From the NCBI RefSeq assembly GCF_000009705.1, contig NC_003272.1:6330001-6362000 (forward strand): a DNA stretch of 32,000 nucleotides, read 5' to 3'. This document shows, piece after piece, positions 17,196 through 26,692 of the stretch (position 1 is the stretch's first letter; each line of letters begins with the position of its first letter). The DNA is from Nostoc sp. PCC 7120 = FACHB-418 (lineage in GTDB: Bacteria > Cyanobacteriota > Cyanobacteriia > Cyanobacteriales > Nostocaceae). Made by a program: the position numbers and the translations under genes. Below the pieces are notes generated by a model. That model made no database searches and was not told the DNA's origin. It was given only the letters and a program-made list of their open reading frames with translations.

Positions 17196-18545
17196 ATGAA
17201 AAACGTCAAGATTAGCAAACTCTGGGATCAGCTCCACTCCAGTTATTGGTTCATACCAGCAGTTATGGCGGTAGTAGCTACTGCTTTAGCTTTTACAATG
17301 CTGAATCTTGACCGTACAGACAAGGTAGAAATTGATTATTGGTGGGTTTACACTGGTGGGGCTGATGGAGCGCGATCGCTCCTAGAAGCTGTCGCAGGTT
17401 CAATGGTTAGTGTTGCAGCTACAGCCTTTTCAATTACCATCGTGGCACTGCAACTAGCTGCTGCCAATTTTGGCCCCCGCCTTCTACGTAATTTTATGCA
17501 GGATACTGGTAATCAAGTTGTACTTGGTACATTCCTTGGTACTTTTGTCTACTGCTTATTTGTACTCAGAACAATTCGAGGCGAAGGAGATGGATACAGC
17601 CAATTTGTACCACAACTAGCGGTAACAGTCGGCATTTTACTAGCAATAATTAGCATTGGTATTCTGATTTATTTTATTCATCACGCTTCTACAATCATTC
17701 AAGCGTCTCATGTAATTCAAAATGTGAGTGCAGATTTGCATTCAGCAATTAAGCGACTATTCCCCGAAAAAATAGGGCGTGGTAAACCAGAAGATAGCCT
17801 TGGAGTTGCAGAAATTCCTCCGCCTTTGGAGGAAGAAGCTGTACCGATTCGAGCCAATAGAACTGGTTATTTACAAGCAATTGATAATGAAGAATTAATG
17901 AAAATTGCTTGTCATTATAATTTGCTTATACATTTGCAAATTCGTCCAGGAAAATTTGTAGTTCAAGGTAGTGATTTAGTCTTGATTTTTCCTGGACACA
18001 AACTGCATTCAAAACTGACTAAAAAAATTAATAATGCCTTTATTATTGGTAAAGAACGGACAGAGCAACAGGACGTAGAATTTCCCATCAATCAGTTAGT
18101 AGAAATTGCCTTACGCGCAATTTCTCCTGGAGTCAATGACCCATTTACTGCAATTCGCTGTATTGACCAATTAAGTACCGGATTCTGTCATCTTGTGCAA
18201 CGAAAGTTTCCTTCACCTTATCGCTACAATCATAATCAGCTACGCATCATTGCCGAAGGCGTAAAGTTTCCTGGATTAATGGATACAGCTTTTAACCAAA
18301 TTCGCCAGTATGGACGTTCTGATATTGCAGTGATTATGCGTTTGTTAGAAGCTATTGCTTTAATTGCAACTTATACTAAAAATTCCCAATATCAAGCAGC
18401 CCTACGGCATCATGCTGACATGATTTTACAAGATAGTTGTGAGGTAATCTCACAAAAACAAGACCGTAAAGATGTAGAAGAAAGATATTACCGAGTTATT
18501 AAAAATTTAGAAAATGATAGCGATATTAAAAATTGGAAATCGTAA
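17196..18545 (+). CDS. DUF2254 domain-containing membrane protein
   Basis: 449-aa ORF. The N-terminal 4-TM region (SYWFIPAVMAVVATALAF..., SMVSVAATAFSITIVALQLAAANFGPRLLRNF, ...) is followed by a soluble C-terminal half. The FGPR(L/V)LRNF signature matches my memory of DUF2254. Confidence 0.75.
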   Translation: MKNVKISKLWDQLHSSYWFIPAVMAVVATALAFTMLNLDRTDKVEIDYWWVYTGGADGARSLLEAVAGSMVSVAATAFSITIVALQLAAANFGPRLLRNFMQDTGNQVVLGTFLGTFVYCLFVLRTIRGEGDGYSQFVPQLAVTVGILLAIISIGILIYFIHHASTIIQASHVIQNVSADLHSAIKRLFPEKIGRGKPEDSLGVAEIPPPLEEEAVPIRANRTGYLQAIDNEELMKIACHYNLLIHLQIRPGKFVVQGSDLVLIFPGHKLHSKLTKKINNAFIIGKERTEQQDVEFPINQLVEIALRAISPGVNDPFTAIRCIDQLSTGFCHLVQRKFPSPYRYNHNQLRIIAEGVKFPGLMDTAFNQIRQYGRSDIAVIMRLLEAIALIATYTKNSQYQAALRHHADMILQDSCEVISQKQDRKDVEERYYRVIKNLENDSDIKNWKS

Positions 18546-18567
18546 AATTATTTTTGGGTAAGTATAT

Positions 18568-19146
18568 ATGCAAAGTTTAAATTGGAGAGGTTATCGAGTT
18601 ATCGCCTGGATAGGACAAGCTCTATTGGCAATATTTGTGATAGCCGCAGGATTTCAAGGTAAGTGGTTAAATGCTTTGGGTCTAGCATTTTTCCTTGTAG
18701 CATCTTTTGTATTTGTGGTGCGAGATGATAAATTACCCACCTTGTTTGATTTTTTATTTGTCTTAGCTGCATTGCTAAATGCTACTGGTTGGGTGTGGAA
18801 TTTATTTGGTAAGCCAGGGCTTTATGACGAGATTGTTCATGCTTATACGACCTTTGCAATTACCTTAGCTCTCAGTTTTTTAGTTTATAGTCCAATGTTA
18901 AATCTATTTCGGAATCATACACTTTTGTATCTGGTAACAATTACCAGTTTTGGCATTGCTATTGGTGCTTTATGGGAAATTGCAGAATGGTCTGCGGGGA
19001 AAGTTCTTAGCACTGAAGTAATTGAAAGTTTAGATGACACAATTATTGATTTAGTGATGGACTCTCTTGGGGCTGGATTAGCTGCTTTAACTAGTCTTTG
19101 GGCGTTGAGACAGTGGGCAAATAGCTATCTAGAGGCACATGATTGA
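18568..19146 (+). CDS. Hypothetical integral membrane protein (about 5 TM helices)
   Basis: 192-aa ORF starting 22 nt after the DUF2254 stop. It has five hydrophobic segments and acidic motifs WEIAEW and DDTIIDLVMDS. The family was not recognised with certainty. Confidence 0.6.
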   Translation: MQSLNWRGYRVIAWIGQALLAIFVIAAGFQGKWLNALGLAFFLVASFVFVVRDDKLPTLFDFLFVLAALLNATGWVWNLFGKPGLYDEIVHAYTTFAITLALSFLVYSPMLNLFRNHTLLYLVTITSFGIAIGALWEIAEWSAGKVLSTEVIESLDDTIIDLVMDSLGAGLAALTSLWALRQWANSYLEAHD

Positions 19147-19222
19147 CAACATGGGACTCACATTTAAACTGCCTAATCTTCAAGCAATTTAAAAGAAGCC
19201 TATTCAGGCAAGATATATACTT

Positions 19223-20254
19223 CTAAGTATCATTTTTTTGCCAGTGATTTAGGACATCCTCTACCAAAATCTCTTTGATCCAAATTTGCAACACAATTAC
19301 TAGTGGTACAGCGAGAAATACACCTAGAAAACCAAAAAAACTGCCAAAAAAGACCACCGCTACTAAAGTAACAGCAGGCAAAAGTGATGCTTGGCTTTTC
19401 ATTACTAAAGGTAATATAACTAAACTTTCAACTTGCTGAATTCCGAAATACAAAGCTATAACAGCAAGGATTTTCCAAGGTGCTTCACTTAATGCTAATA
19501 GTGCAGGTGGAATCACACTCAAGGTAGGGCCAACATTGGGAATAAATTCTAATAATCCTGCCAAAATTGCATTAACTAATGGCAATGGTATGCCCAAAAT
19601 CAATAATCCAATATAGCTTAATGTTGCAATGACCAGCATAGTTAGGAGTGTGCCTTTTATCCAACCAGTTAACGAGACTGCACATTTATTGAGAATGTCA
19701 TCAACTCGCCGACGATAAAAAGCAGGAAATAGCATGATAAACCCCTGCTGATAGGGCGATGGATCGGCTAATAACATGATGGTAAGAGCCACGAAAAGCA
19801 ACAAACCTAAAATAATTGAAAGCGAGCTACTGACCAATCTAAAAAAGTTGTCTATCAACCGATTTAACCAATCTTGTAAACCTTGAGTCAGATACCTAAT
19901 TCCTTGAATACTTTCTAATAGTTGGTTAGGAATTATATTTTGTAACCAATTGTTCCACAATCGCAATCTTTCTACTGCCAGTGGCATAATATCATCGAAT
20001 TGTTGCAATTGCTCAACCAGACGTGGGACAATTAGTGCAAAGAATACGGCTAAAACAGCTACTAAAAGAGCAACTGATATAGCAACGGCTGGGCCCCGTC
20101 TGAGCCGGAATTTTTGTAAAAAAGTTACTAGTTGATTGAGGACTGTTGCTAATACTATAGATGCAAATACTACCAAAAGAATTTGCCGAGTCTGCCACAA
20201 AATATAAAGAGATATAACAAAAGCAAGAAAGCCGATTAACTGTCCCAATCGCAC
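19223..20254 (-). CDS. AI-2E family transporter (PerM/UPF0118-like permease)
   Basis: 343-aa polytopic ORF with family-typical organisation. Features include N-terminal TM pairs, a central amphipathic loop, FIPNVGP and GFLGVFLAVPL motifs. Confidence 0.8.
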   Translation of the reverse strand: MRLGQLIGFLAFVISLYILWQTRQILLVVFASIVLATVLNQLVTFLQKFRLRRGPAVAISVALLVAVLAVFFALIVPRLVEQLQQFDDIMPLAVERLRLWNNWLQNIIPNQLLESIQGIRYLTQGLQDWLNRLIDNFFRLVSSSLSIILGLLLFVALTIMLLADPSPYQQGFIMLFPAFYRRRVDDILNKCAVSLTGWIKGTLLTMLVIATLSYIGLLILGIPLPLVNAILAGLLEFIPNVGPTLSVIPPALLALSEAPWKILAVIALYFGIQQVESLVILPLVMKSQASLLPAVTLVAVVFFGSFFGFLGVFLAVPLVIVLQIWIKEILVEDVLNHWQKNDT

Positions 20255-20462
20255 AATGTAGCCCCCATTTTTATAATTACCAGCTATTGTGCTGATTCTA
20301 ATTACTTCAAAATACCTATATCATTTTGCTAAAGAAGCTTCTGAAAGACTGATTTTTGAATAGTAGCAATATATCTATATGGGAATAGAATTTAGGACTT
20401 TTATGAAAGAGTTAATCTGAGCAAAAGAGGTGAGTATTGAAAGCTGTGTTCAAAATACATGA

Positions 20463-21701
20463 TTACCTTTGCTGCTTGGCGTAGAGTTTAGCCAAGGGTA
20501 CAGCTGTAAAACCGTGAGCCAAGATGGAAGCACAAATGACTAGACTACCTATAGTCCAGGTTGCTTCTATACCTGTCTGACGCAGTGAAAGGAAAGCATA
20601 AAAAATTGCTGCTACACCAATAGGGCCGAACCACCCTAAAAACAGAGCATCCTGTATTCTTCGCAACTGACCAAGAAGGGGACGCAGTAAAAGCACGACT
20701 GGTAGTCGGCGCAGTAACAGAACCGCTACAGCCAATAGCAGACCTTTCCAACCTAACTCTAACCATTGCTGCCAAGGTATATATAGACCCAATAGCACGA
20801 AAATATACAAAGTAAAAAAGCGGTCTACTGCTTCCTGTACGTTCTCTTCTTCAGCTCTGTCACGGCCGCCCACAACCATATCAAATGCGATTCCCGCCGC
20901 AAAAACTGCCAAAATACCATCACTACCAATTAATTTCACAAGACCCAATACAGCTAATGAAAGAGCTACGGTATAAGCTAGAAAAGACTGCTTCTCTATG
21001 GTTTGTTTGGTTTCAGCCCATTGCAAAAGCCACCCTGCTAGGTAGCCAATCAGCAATCCCATCAACACAGCTGCTCCTACTTCCCACAGTAAAATTTTAG
21101 TGAGCCAGTGAATTAGAGCTTCTTGTGGTGGTTTGGTCAAGATCAGAATCGGTAAAAGCACAAACGGATAAGCCAATCCATCATTTGCAGCAGACTCAGC
21201 AAAGATACCGTAGCGAATGCGTTCGGGTAGGTTCTGCTCGGCGATTTTCCCCGTGACAACGGAAGTAGAAACAACCGGATCGGTAGGAGTAATCACAGCC
21301 CCAACCAACATAGATACCCAAAAAGGTAGACCTAATAGCAGATATACCAATAGTCCACTAATTAACCACATCAAAGGCATCAACAACCCTAACAGTACCG
21401 CTAGAATGTGCCAATGTGTGAAAGGGTAGGCTTTTGGTAGGCGCAACGCTACCCCCATCACTTGAATTGCGATCGCTAATCTTGCTCCCTGTTCTAAAAT
21501 TATCTCTGGTTTACCCCAGTGAGCAAGGTCAATTAAGCCAAACACAGATGGACTCAATAAAACTCCAACTACCAAAGCTATAAGAGGATCTGAAAGAAAC
21601 AATCGCTCTTTGAGCCAGCCAGATAACAGCCCAAGAGCTAGCACTAGTCCACCCAGGGTCATCAAGGCTATATTGATTTCTATTGAGGTTAACTGGCTCA
21701 T
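20463..21701 (-). CDS. Cation:proton antiporter, CPA1 (NhaP/NHE-type Na+/H+ exchanger)
   Basis: 412-aa polytopic ORF. It has the CPA1 signature FAESAANDGLAYPF (ND motif) and PTDPV in a preceding TM. There are about 11-12 hydrophobic segments. Confidence 0.85.
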   Translation of the reverse strand: MSQLTSIEINIALMTLGGLVLALGLLSGWLKERLFLSDPLIALVVGVLLSPSVFGLIDLAHWGKPEIILEQGARLAIAIQVMGVALRLPKAYPFTHWHILAVLLGLLMPLMWLISGLLVYLLLGLPFWVSMLVGAVITPTDPVVSTSVVTGKIAEQNLPERIRYGIFAESAANDGLAYPFVLLPILILTKPPQEALIHWLTKILLWEVGAAVLMGLLIGYLAGWLLQWAETKQTIEKQSFLAYTVALSLAVLGLVKLIGSDGILAVFAAGIAFDMVVGGRDRAEEENVQEAVDRFFTLYIFVLLGLYIPWQQWLELGWKGLLLAVAVLLLRRLPVVLLLRPLLGQLRRIQDALFLGWFGPIGVAAIFYAFLSLRQTGIEATWTIGSLVICASILAHGFTAVPLAKLYAKQQR

Positions 21702-21777
21702 GAGTTTATATTTTTAACAATTCAAAAATTCCTGCAAGCTGATCATCGAAAGTTTTAAAATTAGATACAAAACCTGT

Positions 21778-23610
21778 TTAGTAACTATAATTAAAATACC
21801 TAGTTGCAGATAACTTCCTCAGTGACATTCGCTCCAGATGCTGCAAAATCTGGGCAACTAGTCGTGAGTCTATGACAGACTTATTTACCCAATCATCAGC
21901 CCCAACAGCAAATATTTTTTCAAAGGTATTGACATTAAAATTATTAACGAGAAACAGCACTGGTAAAAATTGCCAGTAAGGATCATTACGTACTACCTGG
22001 CAAAGTTCAATCCCATTAATATGCGGTATTTCTAAATCTAGAATTAGCAAATCAGGAGAAAATTCTATCAGAGTATCCCAAAAATATTGCGGCTCTTTAA
22101 GAGCTTTTACGGTAATTCCTAAAGCTTCTAGATATCGATGTAGAAAATTTAATAAATGGAGATTATCATCTACAATCATGATTTTCGTTTTAGTAATCCC
22201 AGTTTGTGGTAATACTTGAATAACTGACTCAAAAATTTGGCTAGAAGGCAGATATTTTGGCAAAAAAGCACAGCCGCCAGCACGGGCAACTTCTACACGC
22301 TTAATAAAATTATTTTGATTAGTAAGTATTAAAATCGGTATTTGAGGCGATAGCTGAGATAATTCTCTTAGTAAACTTAGACTATCTTCTTCAATATCAA
22401 TATCCAGTATTACCACATCAGGATTTAAAGATGCAATTATAGTTCTACTACCTGCAATATCATGAGTAATTTTAACTTTTATTCCCAGGTTTACAGCTTC
22501 ATCTAGCAATCCGTTAAAAACTTGCTGATCATTGCTAATCACCAATAGCAGATTTTGATGTTGCTCCAAGGAAGTTTTTTCTAGATTCCTGGGCAACGCC
22601 GTTAGCAGTTTATCTAAATAAAAACATTTGGCTTGGGTGATCAAATTTTGATTCTGAAATAAATCTTCTATTTTTTTAGCTAATAATGAAGCGTGTGGAA
22701 AACCAAAACTCCCCAACGAACCAACCAATTTGTGAGCTTCTTGCTCTGCCTCTTGCTGCATTTGCAGGTCAAGCGTACCTTTTCTTAAAGCATTCACCGC
22801 TTCTTTAAAAAATGCAATCCGTGAACCAACCTTTGCTTTGAAATTTTCTCGCTCTTGAGCAATGGCTGTGAGTAGAATTTGCTGCTGTGTTAAATTTATT
22901 TCTGGCTCAGTTATCAGACAATTTGCTTCATGAGCTAAAGCTTTCAAGCGATAACCCATCCCGTAAACAGTTTCGATAAAAGCGTAGTTAGCACCTGCTG
23001 CTTGTAATTTCTGTCGTAAACTTTTGATATGAGATTTAATCGTGTTTTCTTCTGGTGGATCTTTTTCCGCACTCCAAAGTTTTTCTACAATTGCACCCCG
23101 GCTAAAAGTACGTTGGTTGTTGCGTAAGAAAAGCTCTAAAATACTAAATTCTTTGGCTGTTAAATTTAGTGGCTTGTCTGCATAAGTTACCTCACAACTA
23201 CTAGGGTCAAGGCGTAAGCTTCCCCATGCTAAAACAGGAGGTAAAGAAGTATTTCCTCGACGTAATAAAGCACGAATACGAGCTGATAACTCTTGAAAAT
23301 CAAATGGTTTGACTACATAATCATCTGCTCCGGTATCTAAACCTAGAATTTTATCAGTTTGAGAATCTTTTGCTGTTAACAGCAGAATCAGCATTTGATA
23401 GCCTGCTTGCCGTAATTGTCGACAAAGACTGATACCATCCAGTTTCGGTAGAACAACATCTAACAAAATTAGTTCATAGTTACAAACACTCACCAATTCC
23501 CAAGCAACTTCACCATCAGCAGCAATATCAACTGCATAATGTTGTTTAGTCAGAGTTGTTGCCATAGCTTGAGCCAGCAGATCATCGTCTTCAACTAAAA
23601 GAATTCTCAT
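21778..23610 (-). CDS. Multidomain response regulator: REC, OmpR-type winged helix, HPt, REC-like, REC
   Basis: 610-aa ORF.
- REC1: ILLVEDDD, ILLDVVLPKLDG (D51), LTAKD, KP.
- wHTH: aa about 125-223, LTAKEFSILELF...VYGMGYRLK.
- HPt-like motif: EAHKLVGSLGSFGF (His293, codon 22732-22734).
- REC-like 2: aa about 355-465, VVILDID, ILILT, LPK, but it lacks the N-terminal acidic pair.
- REC3: aa about 476-595, IMIVDDN, LLILDLEIP, VNK, with the Thr/Ser position replaced (FLVNN). Confidence 0.85.
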   Translation of the reverse strand: MRILLVEDDDLLAQAMATTLTKQHYAVDIAADGEVAWELVSVCNYELILLDVVLPKLDGISLCRQLRQAGYQMLILLLTAKDSQTDKILGLDTGADDYVVKPFDFQELSARIRALLRRGNTSLPPVLAWGSLRLDPSSCEVTYADKPLNLTAKEFSILELFLRNNQRTFSRGAIVEKLWSAEKDPPEENTIKSHIKSLRQKLQAAGANYAFIETVYGMGYRLKALAHEANCLITEPEINLTQQQILLTAIAQERENFKAKVGSRIAFFKEAVNALRKGTLDLQMQQEAEQEAHKLVGSLGSFGFPHASLLAKKIEDLFQNQNLITQAKCFYLDKLLTALPRNLEKTSLEQHQNLLLVISNDQQVFNGLLDEAVNLGIKVKITHDIAGSRTIIASLNPDVVILDIDIEEDSLSLLRELSQLSPQIPILILTNQNNFIKRVEVARAGGCAFLPKYLPSSQIFESVIQVLPQTGITKTKIMIVDDNLHLLNFLHRYLEALGITVKALKEPQYFWDTLIEFSPDLLILDLEIPHINGIELCQVVRNDPYWQFLPVLFLVNNFNVNTFEKIFAVGADDWVNKSVIDSRLVAQILQHLERMSLRKLSATRYFNYSY

Positions 23611-24142
23611 GAAAAGTAGTCATTTCTAGACGAAACCCTAAGCGCCATCATTAAATCTCTATAACTTAGGTTATCCCCGTTTTAGTTGTACAAGGCATCT
23701 ATCAAAAGCAATGCTTAGGCTGAAAGATAGTACAGTAATCAGCGCCAAGAGCTTTCCAGAAAAGACCATCTGCATAAACTCACGCTAGAACGCAAAAGGC
23801 GATCGCGCATCATATGCTCAGTTGTCAATACTCCTTGGTATAGAAATAACTCCGTATCAGCTTTATAGCAGAAAAACGAGTCTTGCTTGTCTCTCCACGC
23901 ATCAGGTAGAGCCAATGCTGCTGAAGGATATTTTGTATTTAATCGAAGCTTACGGTGTCACAAAATTCTGCCTCTAAGTAGAAGATATACTACTCAGTAA
24001 TCTTTATAATTCATAAGTGGATTAAGTTATGTTCGCTAAGAATATATCAACCTTCATAACTATCAAATTATTATCAGTAGCCAAAAATTAGTTGCTTGGC
24101 TTTGCTGAATGAATTGCAGTTCAACGAGGAAATAAAATTGCC

Positions 24143-26074
24143 GTGTCTTCATTAAGGACTTTTGAAGATAAGCAGCCGCAAATCCGGACTTCGCCTAGTT
24201 TAGAGTTTTGGAAAGGGGTGGGTCAAATTACCGGCTGTACCCTTTTATCAATCACCACGCTGACAAGTTCTGTACTAGCTGGGGGACTGCTTGGTTTAGC
24301 TATTAGTTTCCGTGATTTACCAAGCGTTAGAACAATCAGGAATTTTGTACCTGCTGAAACAACTTATATCTATGACATTAAAGGCAGGCTATTGGCAAGT
24401 ATTCATGGGGAAGTTAATCGTGAAGTAGTCCCTTTAAAGAAAATTTCTCCTCACCTGAAACGAGCAGTATTAGCCAGCGAGGATACTTCTTTTTACCATC
24501 ACCACGGTATCGATCCTGTTGGAATAGGGCGTGCTTTAGTGGTTAACTTAGAAGCTGGGGAAGTGCAGGAAGGTGGCTCTACTCTCACCATGCAATTGGT
24601 GAAAAACTTGTTTTTATCTCAAGAGCGTACCTTTACACGGAAAATAGCAGAAGCAGTGCTGGCAATTCGTTTAGAACAAGTTCTCAGTAAGGATGAGATA
24701 TTGGATCTGTATCTCAATCAAGTTTATTGGGGTGATAACAATTATGGTGTCCAAATGGCTGCGCGTTATTACTTTAATAAGTCAGCCGCAAATTTAAACT
24801 TAGCTGAATCAGCTATGATGGCAGGATTACTTCCTGCACCAGAAAATTTCAGCCCGTTTATTAACCTGGAATTAGCAAAACAAAAGCAGAAAGAAGTGCT
24901 GTTGAGAATGCTGGAATTAAACTGGATTAGCCAGCAGGATTATAATCAGGCTCTTAAGCAAAAGATTCAACTGAATAACAAGAGAACTTTAGAAGGTAGT
25001 GCTGCACCTTATATAACTAATAGCGTAGCGCAAGAGTTGGTGAGAAGGTTCGGACGTGATGTCCTGCTTAAAGGTGGACTGCGGGTGCAAACAACCATTG
25101 ATGCTCAATTCCAAATGATGGCCAACAAAACGGTCAAGCGTTGGCATCAAAGGCTAAAACGTCAAGGGCTAAGAAATAATCAAATAGCTTTAGTAGCTAT
25201 TGACCCGCGTACCCATTTTATTAAAGCTTTAGTTGGTGGCGTGGATGCTAAAACTAGCGAGTTCAACCGAGCAACTCAAGCACGCCGTCAGCCAGGGTCT
25301 GCTTTTAAGCCGTTTGTTTACTATGCTGCTTTCGCTAGCGGCAAATTCACACCTAATACAATAGTGCAGGATACTCCAGTCAGGTATCGTGATGGCAATG
25401 GTTGGTACTCTCCACGCAACTACGATAATAGTTTTATGGGAGCAATACCAATTCGCACAGCTTTATCACTATCTCGGAATATTCCGGCAATCAAACTTGG
25501 CAAAGCTGTAGGTCTAAATAGAGTTATTGAAACTTCTCGGACTTTAGGTATTACAAGTCCGATGGAACCTGTAACTTCTTTGCCTTTAGGTGCAATTGGT
25601 GTAACGCCTGTGGAAATGGCTAGTGCCTACGCTACTTTGGCAAATTATGGCTGGCAATCACCGACTACATTAATCATGCGTGTCAGTGATAGTAATGGCA
25701 ATGTTTTGATAGACAATACACCTAAGCCTCGTTTAGTTTTAAATCCTTGGGCATCTGCATCTGTGATTGATGTGATGCAGTCTGTAATTAATAACGGTAC
25801 AGGTAGAGCGGCGGCTATAGGTCGTCCGGCGGCTGGTAAGACAGGCACAACTTCATCAGAAAGGGATGTTTGGTTTGTGGGTACTGTACCACAATTGACA
25901 ACTGCGATCTGGGTAGGAAGAGACGATAACAAAAGATTAGGTTACGGCGCAACAGGTGGTGGCACGGTTGCTCCTATATGGCGCGATTTTATGCAAAATG
26001 CGCTTAAAAACTTACCAGTCGAGAACTTCAAGCGACCTTCTAATTTTCCTCGCCCTCGGCCGAATAAAAAATAA
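24143..26074 (+). CDS. Class A penicillin-binding protein (GT51 transglycosylase + transpeptidase), paralogue 1
   Basis: 643-aa ORF with a GTG start; there is no in-frame ATG before the TM helix. GT51 motifs: EDTSFYHHHGID, GGSTLTMQLVKN, RKIAEAVLA. Transpeptidase motifs: SAFKP (SxxK), SRN, KTGTT. Confidence 0.9.
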   Translation: MSSLRTFEDKQPQIRTSPSLEFWKGVGQITGCTLLSITTLTSSVLAGGLLGLAISFRDLPSVRTIRNFVPAETTYIYDIKGRLLASIHGEVNREVVPLKKISPHLKRAVLASEDTSFYHHHGIDPVGIGRALVVNLEAGEVQEGGSTLTMQLVKNLFLSQERTFTRKIAEAVLAIRLEQVLSKDEILDLYLNQVYWGDNNYGVQMAARYYFNKSAANLNLAESAMMAGLLPAPENFSPFINLELAKQKQKEVLLRMLELNWISQQDYNQALKQKIQLNNKRTLEGSAAPYITNSVAQELVRRFGRDVLLKGGLRVQTTIDAQFQMMANKTVKRWHQRLKRQGLRNNQIALVAIDPRTHFIKALVGGVDAKTSEFNRATQARRQPGSAFKPFVYYAAFASGKFTPNTIVQDTPVRYRDGNGWYSPRNYDNSFMGAIPIRTALSLSRNIPAIKLGKAVGLNRVIETSRTLGITSPMEPVTSLPLGAIGVTPVEMASAYATLANYGWQSPTTLIMRVSDSNGNVLIDNTPKPRLVLNPWASASVIDVMQSVINNGTGRAAAIGRPAAGKTGTTSSERDVWFVGTVPQLTTAIWVGRDDNKRLGYGATGGGTVAPIWRDFMQNALKNLPVENFKRPSNFPRPRPNKK

Positions 26075-26692
26075 GAACTATATGGGCTACTTGTAGTTTT
26101 GTAGCACCAAATTTAATTTCAACCAAGCTAGATATAACCTAAAATCGCGTTGCATAACAGTGGGATCAATTGAGGCAAGCAGGGGATGCACCCAGCCTGT
26201 AGCTCCTGAATTCAGCAACTCACCTAAAATTAAGTGAATGCCGACAGCCTCACCCATTGCAACTATCCGCATGGGCTGTGGCATTAAGTGTTGTCATGAT
26301 TATTTTGGGCATCATTCGCTACACCCTTTTTTACATCAATAGCGATCACAACTTCGGTTTCTAAGAAAGCAGCAGTAAATATTGTTGGGCATAGAGCAAA
26401 TATCTTACTTTTGATTCCATTTTTTATAACTTATGTTAGAGAATTGTCTTTTTAAATTGGTTGTAATAATTAATTATATTTTATCATAGAAAAATGATTA
26501 CTAATAGCATACCTCTTATGAATCACTAAAAATGGAGAAAATATTTTAACTTGATTTGCAATCTTTAATAACATCATAAAGTCAGATTTTTTATGAATGA
26601 ATATGTCATATCAAAAACATAATATTTTAAGAGCAACCGTGTAATTGATAGTTTAAAGATTTAATTCACCCTTGTAAATAAATATAACTATC

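Noticed and set aside
26087-26284. A 65-aa minus-strand ORF between the two PBP genes, in a locally GC-richer patch.
   Set aside because: It has no SD, no recognisable domain and no TM or signal features. It could be a gene remnant from the duplication event, but I cannot support a call from the sequence alone.
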